Positions 54,578 to 63,216 of a stretch of 64,000 bases of DNA are shown piece by piece; positions within the stretch are counted from its first letter, which is position 1, and every line of letters begins with the position of its first letter. Source of the DNA: Capsulimonadaceae bacterium. Its GTDB lineage: Bacteria; Armatimonadota; Armatimonadia; Armatimonadales; Capsulimonadaceae. The notes below the pieces were generated by a model. It made no database searches. It was not told where the DNA came from and saw only the letters and a program-made list of their open reading frames with translations. Where the stretch lies: NCBI GenBank assembly GCA_965215505.1, contig OZ244065.1, positions 3,328,001 to 3,392,000 of the forward strand, given 5' to 3'. Both the position numbers and the translations under genes were made by a program.

Positions 54578-56394
54578 CGCGGTGTTCCCTCCCCGACGTG
54601 CAGCGTCCGCCGTGGGTTGATTAGCAGGATCGTCCTGCCGCCCGTCGTCTTGCGGTCGGCACCGCCGAGGATGGCCGCCTTGACCTGGGCGACCGTCAGG
54701 GCGGGGCGGGCGGCGAGGAGCTTGGCCGCGAGGTTCGTCACCTGCGGCGCGGCCATGCTGGTGCCGCTGAGTTCCAGGGTCGCCCCGCCGGGGACGAGGC
54801 TGGGGACGTCCACACCGTCGGCGTACACGTCCACGCTGCCGAACGAGGTGAAGGAGGTTTCCTCGCCGCCCTTGTCCACCGCGCCGACGACCAGCAGGTT
54901 CGGTGCCTTGACCGAGGCGGGGTAGCTGCCGTTGAACAGGACGTCCTCATCGTCGTTGCCCGCCGCCGCGACGAACAGGATGCCGGGCGCGCTGCGGATG
55001 GCCTCCAAAATGCCCTGAAAGCCGATGTCGTAGGTCTTCCGCGCCAGCGCCCGGCGCTCGGCGGGCGTGCCGCCGTCCATGTCCAAATCCGTCTCAATGT
55101 CGCTGATGCGGACGTTCCAGCTCATGTTGACGACCCGCACGCCCCTCTCTTTGAAGTAGGCGACCCCCTGGCGGAACATGGCTGCGGCCCGCCCCGCCTG
55201 CGCGACCGAGGGTGCCCCGTCAAAGGTCATGCGGCAGACCAGCAACCGCGCGGCGGGGTTGCCGCGCAGGGCGACGCCGGCGACATGGGTGCCGTGGGCG
55301 TAGCTCTCGTACCCACTGAGGCCCTCGTCGAAGTCGTGCATCTGCTCCGAGGTCATGCCCGCGATTCTGGCCTTGAGGGCGGCAGCCTCGGGGCTGTCTC
55401 TTCCGGCGGCTAGGTCAGAAGTGCCCTTCATCTGGGCCTGACCGGTGGTGGCCGCCGCCGCGCCGCCGGGGAGCGGGTAGAGCAGGTCGTTCGTCGGCTG
55501 TTCCTGTGCGTCGTAGGCGATGCCGGGCGATCCGGAAACAAGCTGGGGCCGATACAGGCTGACGTCAACGCCCGAGTCCCAGACGGCGACGGTCACGGGC
55601 GTGAGCTTCGCTGACGGGGCAAGTGTCACGTCGCGCGCCGCCCAGATGTCCGGTTGCGGGACGTCCCGCCCTGCGTCCAGGGCCGCAGAGAAGGCGGCGG
55701 CAAGGTCGGCCTTGTTGGGGACGATGTACTGGAGAACGAAAGCCTCATGGAGCAGACCATCCGCCTGCTCCTGGCTGATGGAGCCTGTTGTGGCGGCGGT
55801 GTCGGCATCGTCGGCATAAGACGCAACAAGCACGTCGCGTGAGAGGACCTCCAGCACCTGACTTTGCTGCTTCAGGCTGTCCCGCGCCAGACCGTAGGGC
55901 ACGGCCCTGTAGGCGCGCTTGATGTCGGCCCGCAAGGCCTGGTGGAAGTCCGTGCCGGGGCTTTGCAAAGCATCGAGCAGCGCCCCACCCAACAGCCCCG
56001 ATGTGGCCTTGTCGATGGGCTTGTCTTCCAGACCCTGGACCATCTTGATGTCCCTACGGGCGGCGGCGAAGTCTTTCCGCAGGAATGCTGCGTTCCCCAG
56101 CGTGCGGTACAGCCCGCGCAGGGTGGCCCGGTCTGTGATGTCATACCTAGCGAGGTCGGCGGTGATGTCGGCGCTGACGGCGGCGGCCAGGACCGAGACG
56201 ACCTCGGGGTCTTCCGCCAGCGGGCGGACTTTGCTGGTGACGGCGTAGGCGTGAATCGGCAGGTCGGCAGCGCTGCTGACCTTGACGCGGCCATCCGCCT
56301 GGGCGCTCGCCGGCACCCCAAGCAGGGCGAGGGCGAGCAGCAGCGAACACGCCGCGCCCTCCCCTCCTACTCTGACTCCTAGCCTCGTCTTCAC
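54574..56394 (-). CDS. Secreted S8 family serine peptidase
   Basis: VAVWDSGVD, HGTHVAG, AAAGN, SGTSMAAP catalytic motifs. Confidence 0.92.
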   Translation of the reverse strand: MKTRLGVRVGGEGAACSLLLALALLGVPASAQADGRVKVSSAADLPIHAYAVTSKVRPLAEDPEVVSVLAAAVSADITADLARYDITDRATLRGLYRTLGNAAFLRKDFAAARRDIKMVQGLEDKPIDKATSGLLGGALLDALQSPGTDFHQALRADIKRAYRAVPYGLARDSLKQQSQVLEVLSRDVLVASYADDADTAATTGSISQEQADGLLHEAFVLQYIVPNKADLAAAFSAALDAGRDVPQPDIWAARDVTLAPSAKLTPVTVAVWDSGVDVSLYRPQLVSGSPGIAYDAQEQPTNDLLYPLPGGAAAATTGQAQMKGTSDLAAGRDSPEAAALKARIAGMTSEQMHDFDEGLSGYESYAHGTHVAGVALRGNPAARLLVCRMTFDGAPSVAQAGRAAAMFRQGVAYFKERGVRVVNMSWNVRISDIETDLDMDGGTPAERRALARKTYDIGFQGILEAIRSAPGILFVAAAGNDDEDVLFNGSYPASVKAPNLLVVGAVDKGGEETSFTSFGSVDVYADGVDVPSLVPGGATLELSGTSMAAPQVTNLAAKLLAARPALTVAQVKAAILGGADRKTTGGRTILLINPRRTLHVGEGTPR

Positions 56395-56954
56395 TGCTTC
56401 CCCTCGTCCCCGGCCCGAAAGCCCATCCGCCGCTCCGGGGCGGGCGGCGCTTCGATCAGCAGGCGGATCGCCTCAAAGACGACAGCGAACTGCTCGTCAT
56501 ACTTCTGTTCCAGGGTCAGGATGCGCCGTGCCAGGTCGCCGTCCTGCGTCAAAGCCCCGCGCAGGCCGACGAAGGCCCGCATGATGGCGATGTTGACCTG
56601 CACGGCGCGCTCGCTCCGCAGGACGCTCGACAGCATGGCGACGCCCTGCTCGGTAAAGGCGTAGGTTGGCTTGCGGCGTCCACCACGCCCAGCGTTTGAT
56701 ATCACAGTTTGTGATATCAAAACCGTTGCCTCCTCGTCTGTCAACTGGAACATGAAATCATTCGGGAAGCGGGTGCCATTCCGTTTCACCGCCTGATTGA
56801 GTGTGCGTGTATCGACACCATACAGTTCCGCCAAATCGCTGTCCAGCAGCACATTCTGGCCGCGCACGGTGTAGATTCGCCGCCCAACTTGCTCCGGCGC
56901 GATGACCGCCAATTCGGCCCCTTCTGTCCGGTCGTTCTCATCCTCGTTCGCCAT
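56391..56954 (-). CDS. ORF6N domain DNA-binding protein
   Basis: IYTVRGQNVLLDSDLAELYGV, LNQAVKRN..RFP.DFMFQLT, FTEQGVAMLSSVLRS. Confidence 0.92.
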   Translation of the reverse strand: MANEDENDRTEGAELAVIAPEQVGRRIYTVRGQNVLLDSDLAELYGVDTRTLNQAVKRNGTRFPNDFMFQLTDEEATVLISQTVISNAGRGGRRKPTYAFTEQGVAMLSSVLRSERAVQVNIAIMRAFVGLRGALTQDGDLARRILTLEQKYDEQFAVVFEAIRLLIEAPPAPERRMGFRAGDEGKQ

Positions 56955-56982
56955 GATTGCCCTCCCTGGTCTTCGCTTTGAT

Positions 56983-57036
56983 CTTGAAGTCACAATCTGT
57001 GACTTCAAGTTTGAGATCCCAAATTGGGATCTCAAA
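56983..57036. repeat. Two adjacent 27-bp palindromes homologous to a third inside the ORF6N gene (56695-56721)
   Basis: cttgaagtcaca-atc-tgtgacttcaag; tttgagatccca-aat-tgggatctcaaa; tttgatatcaca-gtt-tgtgatatcaaa. Confidence 0.9.
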
Positions 57037-57038
57037 CG

Positions 57039-57668
57039 CTAGTCCTTATCATACCAGATAAGGTAGCGCTGCGTCAGGTCTTTGATGATGCTGTACGGGG
57101 CCTCGGCGCAGCGCTCGCCCCGGAAGAGGAACGTCGGGACGTGCGTCACGTCGGCGGCGTAGGCGTCATCGTCGAAGCGCACGATCTCGTCATAGTACGC
57201 CTTGGACGAGACGGCCGCGTGGAATGCCTCCCGGTCTAGGCCCGCCCCTTCCGCCAGACCGCCCAGCACTCCGAGGTCGCTGATGTCCTCGGACCGCTCC
57301 CAGAAGGCGCGGTAGACGGCCTCATTATAAGCATCGAACCGCTCCGGCTCTTTGTCCTGCGCGTAGGCCGCCCCTTCCAGGGCGTAGTGCGTGCGGATGA
57401 CGGCGATGGTCCGCCCCTCTGGCACGGGGGCACCCTCCGCCCGCGAGAATAGCTCGAAGCGCGACGGCGGCGCGTCGGGGTCTTTGGGCTGCGGCTTGAA
57501 GTCCGGCAGCGGACCCAGTTCCTCGGGCAGCAGCTCGAACCCGCGCCAGACCTGCCTGATCTGCGGGAACTCTTCGCGCAGGCGCTTGGCCTGGATGAAG
57601 CCGACCCAGCACCAGGGGCAGAGATAGTCATGGCCGATGGTCACGGTCAGGTTTTTGTCTTGAGGCAT
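57039..57668 (-). CDS. DsbA/FrnE-like thioredoxin-fold protein
   Basis: DYLCPWCWVG, FELLPE, VTHVPTFLF. Confidence 0.88.
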   Translation of the reverse strand: MPQDKNLTVTIGHDYLCPWCWVGFIQAKRLREEFPQIRQVWRGFELLPEELGPLPDFKPQPKDPDAPPSRFELFSRAEGAPVPEGRTIAVIRTHYALEGAAYAQDKEPERFDAYNEAVYRAFWERSEDISDLGVLGGLAEGAGLDREAFHAAVSSKAYYDEIVRFDDDAYAADVTHVPTFLFRGERCAEAPYSIIKDLTQRYLIWYDKD

Positions 57669-57748
57669 GGTAGGTTTCCTTGAAAGCAGAGGTAATCGTC
57701 TAATACCCGCTTTGCCCCGGCTGTTCCTCCACTCCGGGCCGGTTCGAC

Positions 57749-57790
57749 GTTTGATAGGCTTTAATCCATGTTTGATAGGCTCTAATCCAT
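57749..57790. repeat. 21-bp tandem duplication
   Basis: gtttgataggctttaatccat / gtttgataggctctaatccat. Confidence 0.9.
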
Positions 57791-57838
57791 TGACCGGCAC
57801 CGATGCGATAGGCTTCGACCTATCTTAAGGCGACACGC

Positions 57839-58750
57839 TTACGCTGCCTCCCCGTCTTCTCCTTCCGCCCTCCCCGTATGCAGCCCGACGCCGCCCGCGC
57901 GGACGGACGACGGCGCGCTGCCCGTGACGGCCTTGAAGACGCGCGAAAAGTGGTAGGGATTGGCATAGCCCAGCCGCTCGGATGTCTGCGTCACCGACAG
58001 GCCCTGACTGAGCAGGCGGCGGGCGGCGGCGACCCGGTGCCGCCGCGCCCACGAGGCCAGCGGCTCCCCCGCCGCTTTCGTGAACTGGTAGACGAGCTGC
58101 CGGGGCGTCAGATGGAGCCGGGCGGCGAGATGCGCCACTGTGGGCCGCTCGGCGGGCGCGTCGTCCAGCAGCCGCGCGACCTGGGCCACCAGGGCCTCGC
58201 CGGGCGTGCCTGCCCGCGCGTCGGCGTACAAGCCCCCCAGAAGCTCCGCACCCCGGCTCAGGAGCAGCCAAGGCCAGCCGGACGGCTGACACAGCGCCGC
58301 TTCGGCCATCTCCACGAAGGCCTGACGGCGGAGGAGGGAAACATCGGGGAAGACGGCGACGGGCGGGTCGTGTCCGCGCAGCCAGTCGTCCATCTGGTCC
58401 GCCCACGACCCGGCGAGCTGGAGGTAGTACAGGTGCCAGGGCTGACCCGGCGCGACCCGCTCACTGATCCGGCACCCCCGCGCGGCGGCGATGATCGCGC
58501 CGGGCTGGTGGCCGAAGACGCCCGCCCCGACCCGCACCTCGGCCCGCCCGTGCAGGGTCAGGAACAGAGTCAGGCGGTCCAGCGGGTCGGGCGCATAGCA
58601 GGCTCCCGGAGGGCAGACCTCGTGGACGGCGAGGATGCGTGCGAGCGTGTCCCCCGTCGGGGCGGGGGAGTCGCCCGGCGCGTCGGCCAGGCCGACATCC
58701 ACGCGCCGGCTCTGGCCGGGCTGTAGTAGGAAGTCAGCGGGGTTTGTCAA
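57839..58750 (-). CDS. AraC family transcriptional regulator
   Basis: Cupin-like N-terminus; LAARLHLTPRQL..F, LGYANPYHFSRVFKAVTGSAPS. Confidence 0.9.
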   Translation of the reverse strand: MTNPADFLLQPGQSRRVDVGLADAPGDSPAPTGDTLARILAVHEVCPPGACYAPDPLDRLTLFLTLHGRAEVRVGAGVFGHQPGAIIAAARGCRISERVAPGQPWHLYYLQLAGSWADQMDDWLRGHDPPVAVFPDVSLLRRQAFVEMAEAALCQPSGWPWLLLSRGAELLGGLYADARAGTPGEALVAQVARLLDDAPAERPTVAHLAARLHLTPRQLVYQFTKAAGEPLASWARRHRVAAARRLLSQGLSVTQTSERLGYANPYHFSRVFKAVTGSAPSSVRAGGVGLHTGRAEGEDGEAA

Positions 58751-58841
58751 ATCGGATATGCCGCCTTGCGTGTTCGGGAATGGCTATCGGCCTGGGGAGA
58801 GTGTACCATGGGGAACAGGAAACTTGAAGGGGGACCCAAAG

Positions 58842-58977
58842 GGGCGAGTGATTAAAATCACTCGCTGACGCAAGACCTGTCCAGGGGACAGAAGAGGGGA
58901 GTGGACCGGGCATATCATTCTGCTCCTTTGTCCCTTGGACAAATCCGGCCGTAGCGAGTGATTTCAATCACTCGCCC
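58842..58977. repeat. REPIN/MITE-like element, family C copy 3
   Basis: gggcgagtgattaaaatcactcgct ... agcgagtgatttcaatcactcgccc. Confidence 0.8.
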
Positions 58978-59002
58978 TCTCTCACGCGATGGAGGACCGA
59001 AA

Positions 59003-59785
59003 ATGCTCGCCCAAGAACAGCCCGCCGCGATAGCATTTCAAAACGATCTGGCCGCACAAGCCGCCTTTTTCCAGGCCAACAGCTACGTCACGCTGCCGGA
59101 CCTGCTGCCGCCCGCCCTCGTGGCCGAGATGAACGCCGCCATTGACCGCGACCACGCCGAACACGGCTACTTCTGGGACAGCGAGGTCAGCCGCAACGGC
59201 ACCTCCAACCTGCTCCTGACCGAGCCGGTGTTTGAGAAGGCCGTCCGCCACCCCGCCGTGCTGGCCCTGGTGGAAACTTTGATGGGCGGCCCGGTCTGCT
59301 TCGAAGAGCTGTCGGTGCAGATCACCAAGCCCAGCGACCAAGCCCGCCCGACCGGCTGGCACCGGGACTGCGGCCACTGGCTGGAACACCCCCTGCACCT
59401 GGACTACCCGCAGATCATCTACTATCTGTCCGATGTCGGCGCGGGCGACCACCACTTCACGGTCAGCCCCGAGCCGGCGGGGGGCGAGGTGCTGGACACG
59501 CCCGCCCAGCTCACGCGGGGCGGCAGCGTCCCCTTCCGGGGCCGGGCCGGGTCCGGCATCCTCTTCAACGCCGCCGTCCTGCACGGCGCGACTCTGGCCG
59601 CGACGCCCAACGAGCGCCGCATCCTCCAGGTCTATTATGGCCACGCCGCCCGCCCGTCACTCTCGCAGGTGACTCTGATGCCGCCGCGCCTGTGGCGCGA
59701 CGACCCCGACCCCGAAGTCCGCCGCTTCTACGGCAAGCTGAACCGCGTCACGACCGACATGCGCCGCTGGCTCGGCGCGGAGTAG
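59003..59785 (+). CDS. PhyH-family Fe(II)/2OG dioxygenase 1
   Basis: GWHRD (HxD), LFNAAVLHGA, ERR; GGAGG RBS. Confidence 0.85.
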   Translation: MLAQEQPAAIAFQNDLAAQAAFFQANSYVTLPDLLPPALVAEMNAAIDRDHAEHGYFWDSEVSRNGTSNLLLTEPVFEKAVRHPAVLALVETLMGGPVCFEELSVQITKPSDQARPTGWHRDCGHWLEHPLHLDYPQIIYYLSDVGAGDHHFTVSPEPAGGEVLDTPAQLTRGGSVPFRGRAGSGILFNAAVLHGATLAATPNERRILQVYYGHAARPSLSQVTLMPPRLWRDDPDPEVRRFYGKLNRVTTDMRRWLGAE

Positions 59786-59796
59786 ACGGGGGAAGA

Positions 59797-60504
59797 ATGA
59801 TCACACCGGAAGAGAAGAAGCAGTTCCTAGACGTGGGCTACCTGCACGTCCCCGGCGCGGTCGCCGGCCGGCACCTGGCCCGCCTCCAGGCCGAATTCGA
59901 CCGAGTCTGGGACCTGCCGGGCCGCTGCAACCAGCACAAGCTGCTCCAGCACCGGATGTTCCTGGACCTGATCGTTCACCCGCCCATCCTGGACCGGCAC
60001 CGCGCCCTGTTCGGGGCGCAGACCCAGCTCCTCCAGTATGACCTGCTGCGGCAGGGGCCGCGCAACGACACCTTCCCGCTGCGGTCCTGGCACCGCGACT
60101 TCGTGTTCCCCGGCGACACGCCCCTGTCGGTCAACACACTGCTGTTCCTGGACCCCATCGGCGAGTCGGCGGGGCCGACGCGCGTCGTCCCGCACAGCCA
60201 CCGGGGGGGCGCGAGTCCCAGCGCAGGTCAGTCGGGGCAGCCCCACCCGAAGGAGGTGGCGGTGTACGCCGCGCCGGGCGACGCCATCTTCATCAACAGC
60301 GCCGTCTGGCACACCGGCGGGCGCAACGAGGGGGAAGGGCTGCGCCGGGGCATTTATCTTTATTACGGCTACTGGTGGCTCAAACGCTACGAGTCCGACC
60401 ACGCTCTCCCCTGGCGGGCATTGGAGGGCGCGGACGAGGAGCGCCTGACTCTGCTGGGCGTCAAGAACCCCGGCGGCGCGGACCTGCACCAGTATTCGCC
60501 GTGA
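59797..60504 (+). CDS. PhyH-family Fe(II)/2OG dioxygenase 2
   Basis: FLDVGYL, SWHRD, GPTRVVPHSH, PGDAIFINSAVWHTGG, RR. Confidence 0.88.
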   Translation: MITPEEKKQFLDVGYLHVPGAVAGRHLARLQAEFDRVWDLPGRCNQHKLLQHRMFLDLIVHPPILDRHRALFGAQTQLLQYDLLRQGPRNDTFPLRSWHRDFVFPGDTPLSVNTLLFLDPIGESAGPTRVVPHSHRGGASPSAGQSGQPHPKEVAVYAAPGDAIFINSAVWHTGGRNEGEGLRRGIYLYYGYWWLKRYESDHALPWRALEGADEERLTLLGVKNPGGADLHQYSP

Positions 60505-60651
60505 TGCAGGAGGGAGGGGGTGAAGAGGGAGGGGGGACCCCGCCCTCCCTCTTCTGCCTGCATTCCCCCGTTGCCCCCGCCCGCACGCAGGGATTCACGC
60601 CCCTAGCGTCGAACAGACGTAACCAAACGGACTCAGAAGGGCGGAGACAAC

Positions 60652-63021
60652 GTGCGTCACACAAGCCTGTTCAACGGCGGCTGGAAATTCCATCTCGGGG
60701 ACGCGCCGGGCGCGGAAGCGCCCGCGTTCGATGACGGCGCGTGGCGGCCCCTCAGCCTGCCGCACGACTGGAGCATCGAAGGCGAGTTTGATGCTAAGTG
60801 GGCCAGCGCGACCGGGTATCTGCCCGGCGGCATCGGCTGGTATCGGAAATCGTTCGCCGCCCCGGACGGCCCCGCCGGCAAACAAGTCTCCCTGCACTTC
60901 GACGGCGTCTACTGTAACGCCGAAGTCTGGGTCAACGGCCACTTCTTGGGCAAACGGCCCAACGGCTTCGCCTCGTTCCAGCATGACCTGACGCCTCACC
61001 TGCGGGCCGACGCCGAAAACGCCGTCGCCGTCCGCGTGGATCACACCCAGTTCGGTGATGCCCGCTGGTACACCGGCTCGGGCATCTACCGCGATGTCCG
61101 GCTCGTCGTGACTGGCCCCGTCTACATCAAGACCTGGGGCGTCTGCGTCACCACGCCCCTCGTCTCGCCCAACATGGCCCAGATGCAGGCCGAAGTGACG
61201 GTGCAGAACCACGCCGACGCGCCCGCCTCGGTGGAGATCCGTCTGACCCTGCTCGACCCGTCAGGCGGAGTCGTGACGGAAGGCCATGCATCCGCCCTCA
61301 TCCCGCCCGGCGGAGGGGCGGCGATGGGGGACGTACTTTCGGTCCCCGGCCCGCGCCTCTGGTCCCCGGAAACTCCCGCGCTTTACACCCTGCGGGCAGA
61401 GGTCATTCACGGCGGCGCGGTCGTGGACGCCGAAGACACCCCCGTCGGCATCCGCTCCATTCGGTTTGACCCCGACGAAGGCTTTTTCCTCAACGATCAA
61501 AACATAAAGCTGAAGGGCGTCTGCCTGCACGATGACGCCGGGGCTTTAGGAGTGGCCGTGCCGCCGAAGGTCTGGGAGCGGCGGTTGAAGACGCTCAAAG
61601 CGGGCGGCGTGAATGCCGTCCGCATGGCGCATAACCCGCACCTGCCCGCCCTCTATGACCTCTGCGACCGGCTGGGCCTGATGGTCCAGGACGAGGCGTT
61701 TGACGAGTGGGAACGCGGCAAGAACAAATGGATCGAGGGCTGGAACGTCGGCACACCGGGGCAGGACGGGCCGCACGAGCATTTTGAGGAGTGGGGCGAG
61801 GCGGACTTGCGCGCCATGGTCCTGCGCGACCGGAACCACCCGAGCGTCATCATGTGGAGCATCGGCAACGAGATAGACTACCCGAACGACCCCTACACGC
61901 ACGAGGCCCTGGACCGGGGGGCCAGCCCGCAGTCCTATGGCCTGGGCCAGAGGGCGGGGCAGCCGCACGGCGACCGCCTGGACGAGATCGCCCGGCGTCT
62001 GGCCGCCGTCGTCCGCGAACTCGACCCGACGCGCCCCGTCACGGCGGGCCTGGCCTCCGCCCTGATGTCAAACGAGGTCGGGTTCGCCGACGCGCTGGAC
62101 GTGGCCGGCTACAACTACCAGGAGGACCGCTACCCCGCCGACCACGCCCGCTACCCGTCGCGCGTCCTGTACGGCAGCGAGAACGGGATGCGCTGGGACT
62201 TCTGGGCGGCAGTCGCCGATAACCCCTACGTCTGCGGGCAGTTCCTCTGGACCGGCATTGACTACCTCGGCGAAGCGGGGAAGTGGCCCGCCCGCAGCAA
62301 CGGCGCGGGGCTGCTGGATCTCGCGGGCCTGCCGAAGCCCGAGTACTTCTACCGTCAAAGCCTCTGGGCCGAGGCCCCCATGGTCTATCTCGGCACCCGC
62401 ACCGTCCCCGAGGGCGCGGAAGCCGGCTCGCTGTGGAGCCACAAGGAGGCCGCGCCCGTCTGGGCCGGTGTGGAAGGCGTCCCCGTCCGCGTGGTCTGCT
62501 TCACGAACTGCGAAGCCGCCGAACTCTTCTTGAACAGTCGTTCCCTCGGCGTCAAGCGGCTCGCCGACGCTCCCGACCGCGTACTGTGGTGGGACGTCCC
62601 CTACGCCCCCGGAACGCTGACGGCTGAGGGCCTGAACGACGGCAGAACGGCCTGCACGTCCGCGCTTCAGACGAGCGGCCCGGCGCGGAAGCTCCTCGCC
62701 GAAGCCGACACGCTCACCCTCGCCGCCGACGGCATCGATCTGGCCCACATCACCGTCACCATTGCCGACGCAGACGGCCTCCCCGTCTACGCCGCCGACC
62801 ACGAAGTCACCTGGACCGTCGAAGGGCCTGCCCGCCTGCTCGGCCTGGAGAGCGGCGACCACGCCAGCCACGAGGACTACCAATCCCCCGCGCGCCGGGC
62901 ATATCATGGGCGGCTGCTGGGCTATGTGCAGGCAGGGGAAGAGAGTGGGGAGATCATAGTGCGTGTCACCGCGCCCGGCCTGGAGGAAGCCGCCGTGACG
63001 CTGCGAATTGGCGCGGCGTGA
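60652..63021 (+). CDS. Glycoside hydrolase family 2 (beta-galactosidase-like)
   Basis: LPHDWSIE, FDGVY, WYTGSGIYRDV, KGVCLHDD, RDRNHPSVIMWSIGNE, YGSE, FLWTGIDYLGE. Confidence 0.94.
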   Translation: MRHTSLFNGGWKFHLGDAPGAEAPAFDDGAWRPLSLPHDWSIEGEFDAKWASATGYLPGGIGWYRKSFAAPDGPAGKQVSLHFDGVYCNAEVWVNGHFLGKRPNGFASFQHDLTPHLRADAENAVAVRVDHTQFGDARWYTGSGIYRDVRLVVTGPVYIKTWGVCVTTPLVSPNMAQMQAEVTVQNHADAPASVEIRLTLLDPSGGVVTEGHASALIPPGGGAAMGDVLSVPGPRLWSPETPALYTLRAEVIHGGAVVDAEDTPVGIRSIRFDPDEGFFLNDQNIKLKGVCLHDDAGALGVAVPPKVWERRLKTLKAGGVNAVRMAHNPHLPALYDLCDRLGLMVQDEAFDEWERGKNKWIEGWNVGTPGQDGPHEHFEEWGEADLRAMVLRDRNHPSVIMWSIGNEIDYPNDPYTHEALDRGASPQSYGLGQRAGQPHGDRLDEIARRLAAVVRELDPTRPVTAGLASALMSNEVGFADALDVAGYNYQEDRYPADHARYPSRVLYGSENGMRWDFWAAVADNPYVCGQFLWTGIDYLGEAGKWPARSNGAGLLDLAGLPKPEYFYRQSLWAEAPMVYLGTRTVPEGAEAGSLWSHKEAAPVWAGVEGVPVRVVCFTNCEAAELFLNSRSLGVKRLADAPDRVLWWDVPYAPGTLTAEGLNDGRTACTSALQTSGPARKLLAEADTLTLAADGIDLAHITVTIADADGLPVYAADHEVTWTVEGPARLLGLESGDHASHEDYQSPARRAYHGRLLGYVQAGEESGEIIVRVTAPGLEEAAVTLRIGAA

Positions 63022-63216
63022 TGCGGCGCGCGGGGTGGCGCGGCGTGATGCGGGGAACACAATAAAGAAGGGCGGACACGAGGTTCGCCCCTACGTCCAT
63101 ACATTCGCCTCTCTGCCCCGTAGGGGCGAACCTTGTGTTCGCCCTTCTCGTGTCCGCCCTTCCCCTCTGCTCTCCCATCCGCCTTCCCAATCCAGCGTCA
63201 TCCCTCAGCCCGTGCC

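Noticed and set aside
63010-63056. Short duplication ggcgcggcgtgatgcgg at the GH2 stop
   Set aside because: Simple local duplication with no evident function.
594-63060. Long antisense or alternate-frame ORFs (for example 594-1766, 5260-6777, 10417-12192, 35572-37620, 39070-41703, 49613-51685)
   Set aside because: Shadow frames of well-supported genes in high-GC DNA, with Arg/Gly/Pro-rich translations and no motifs.
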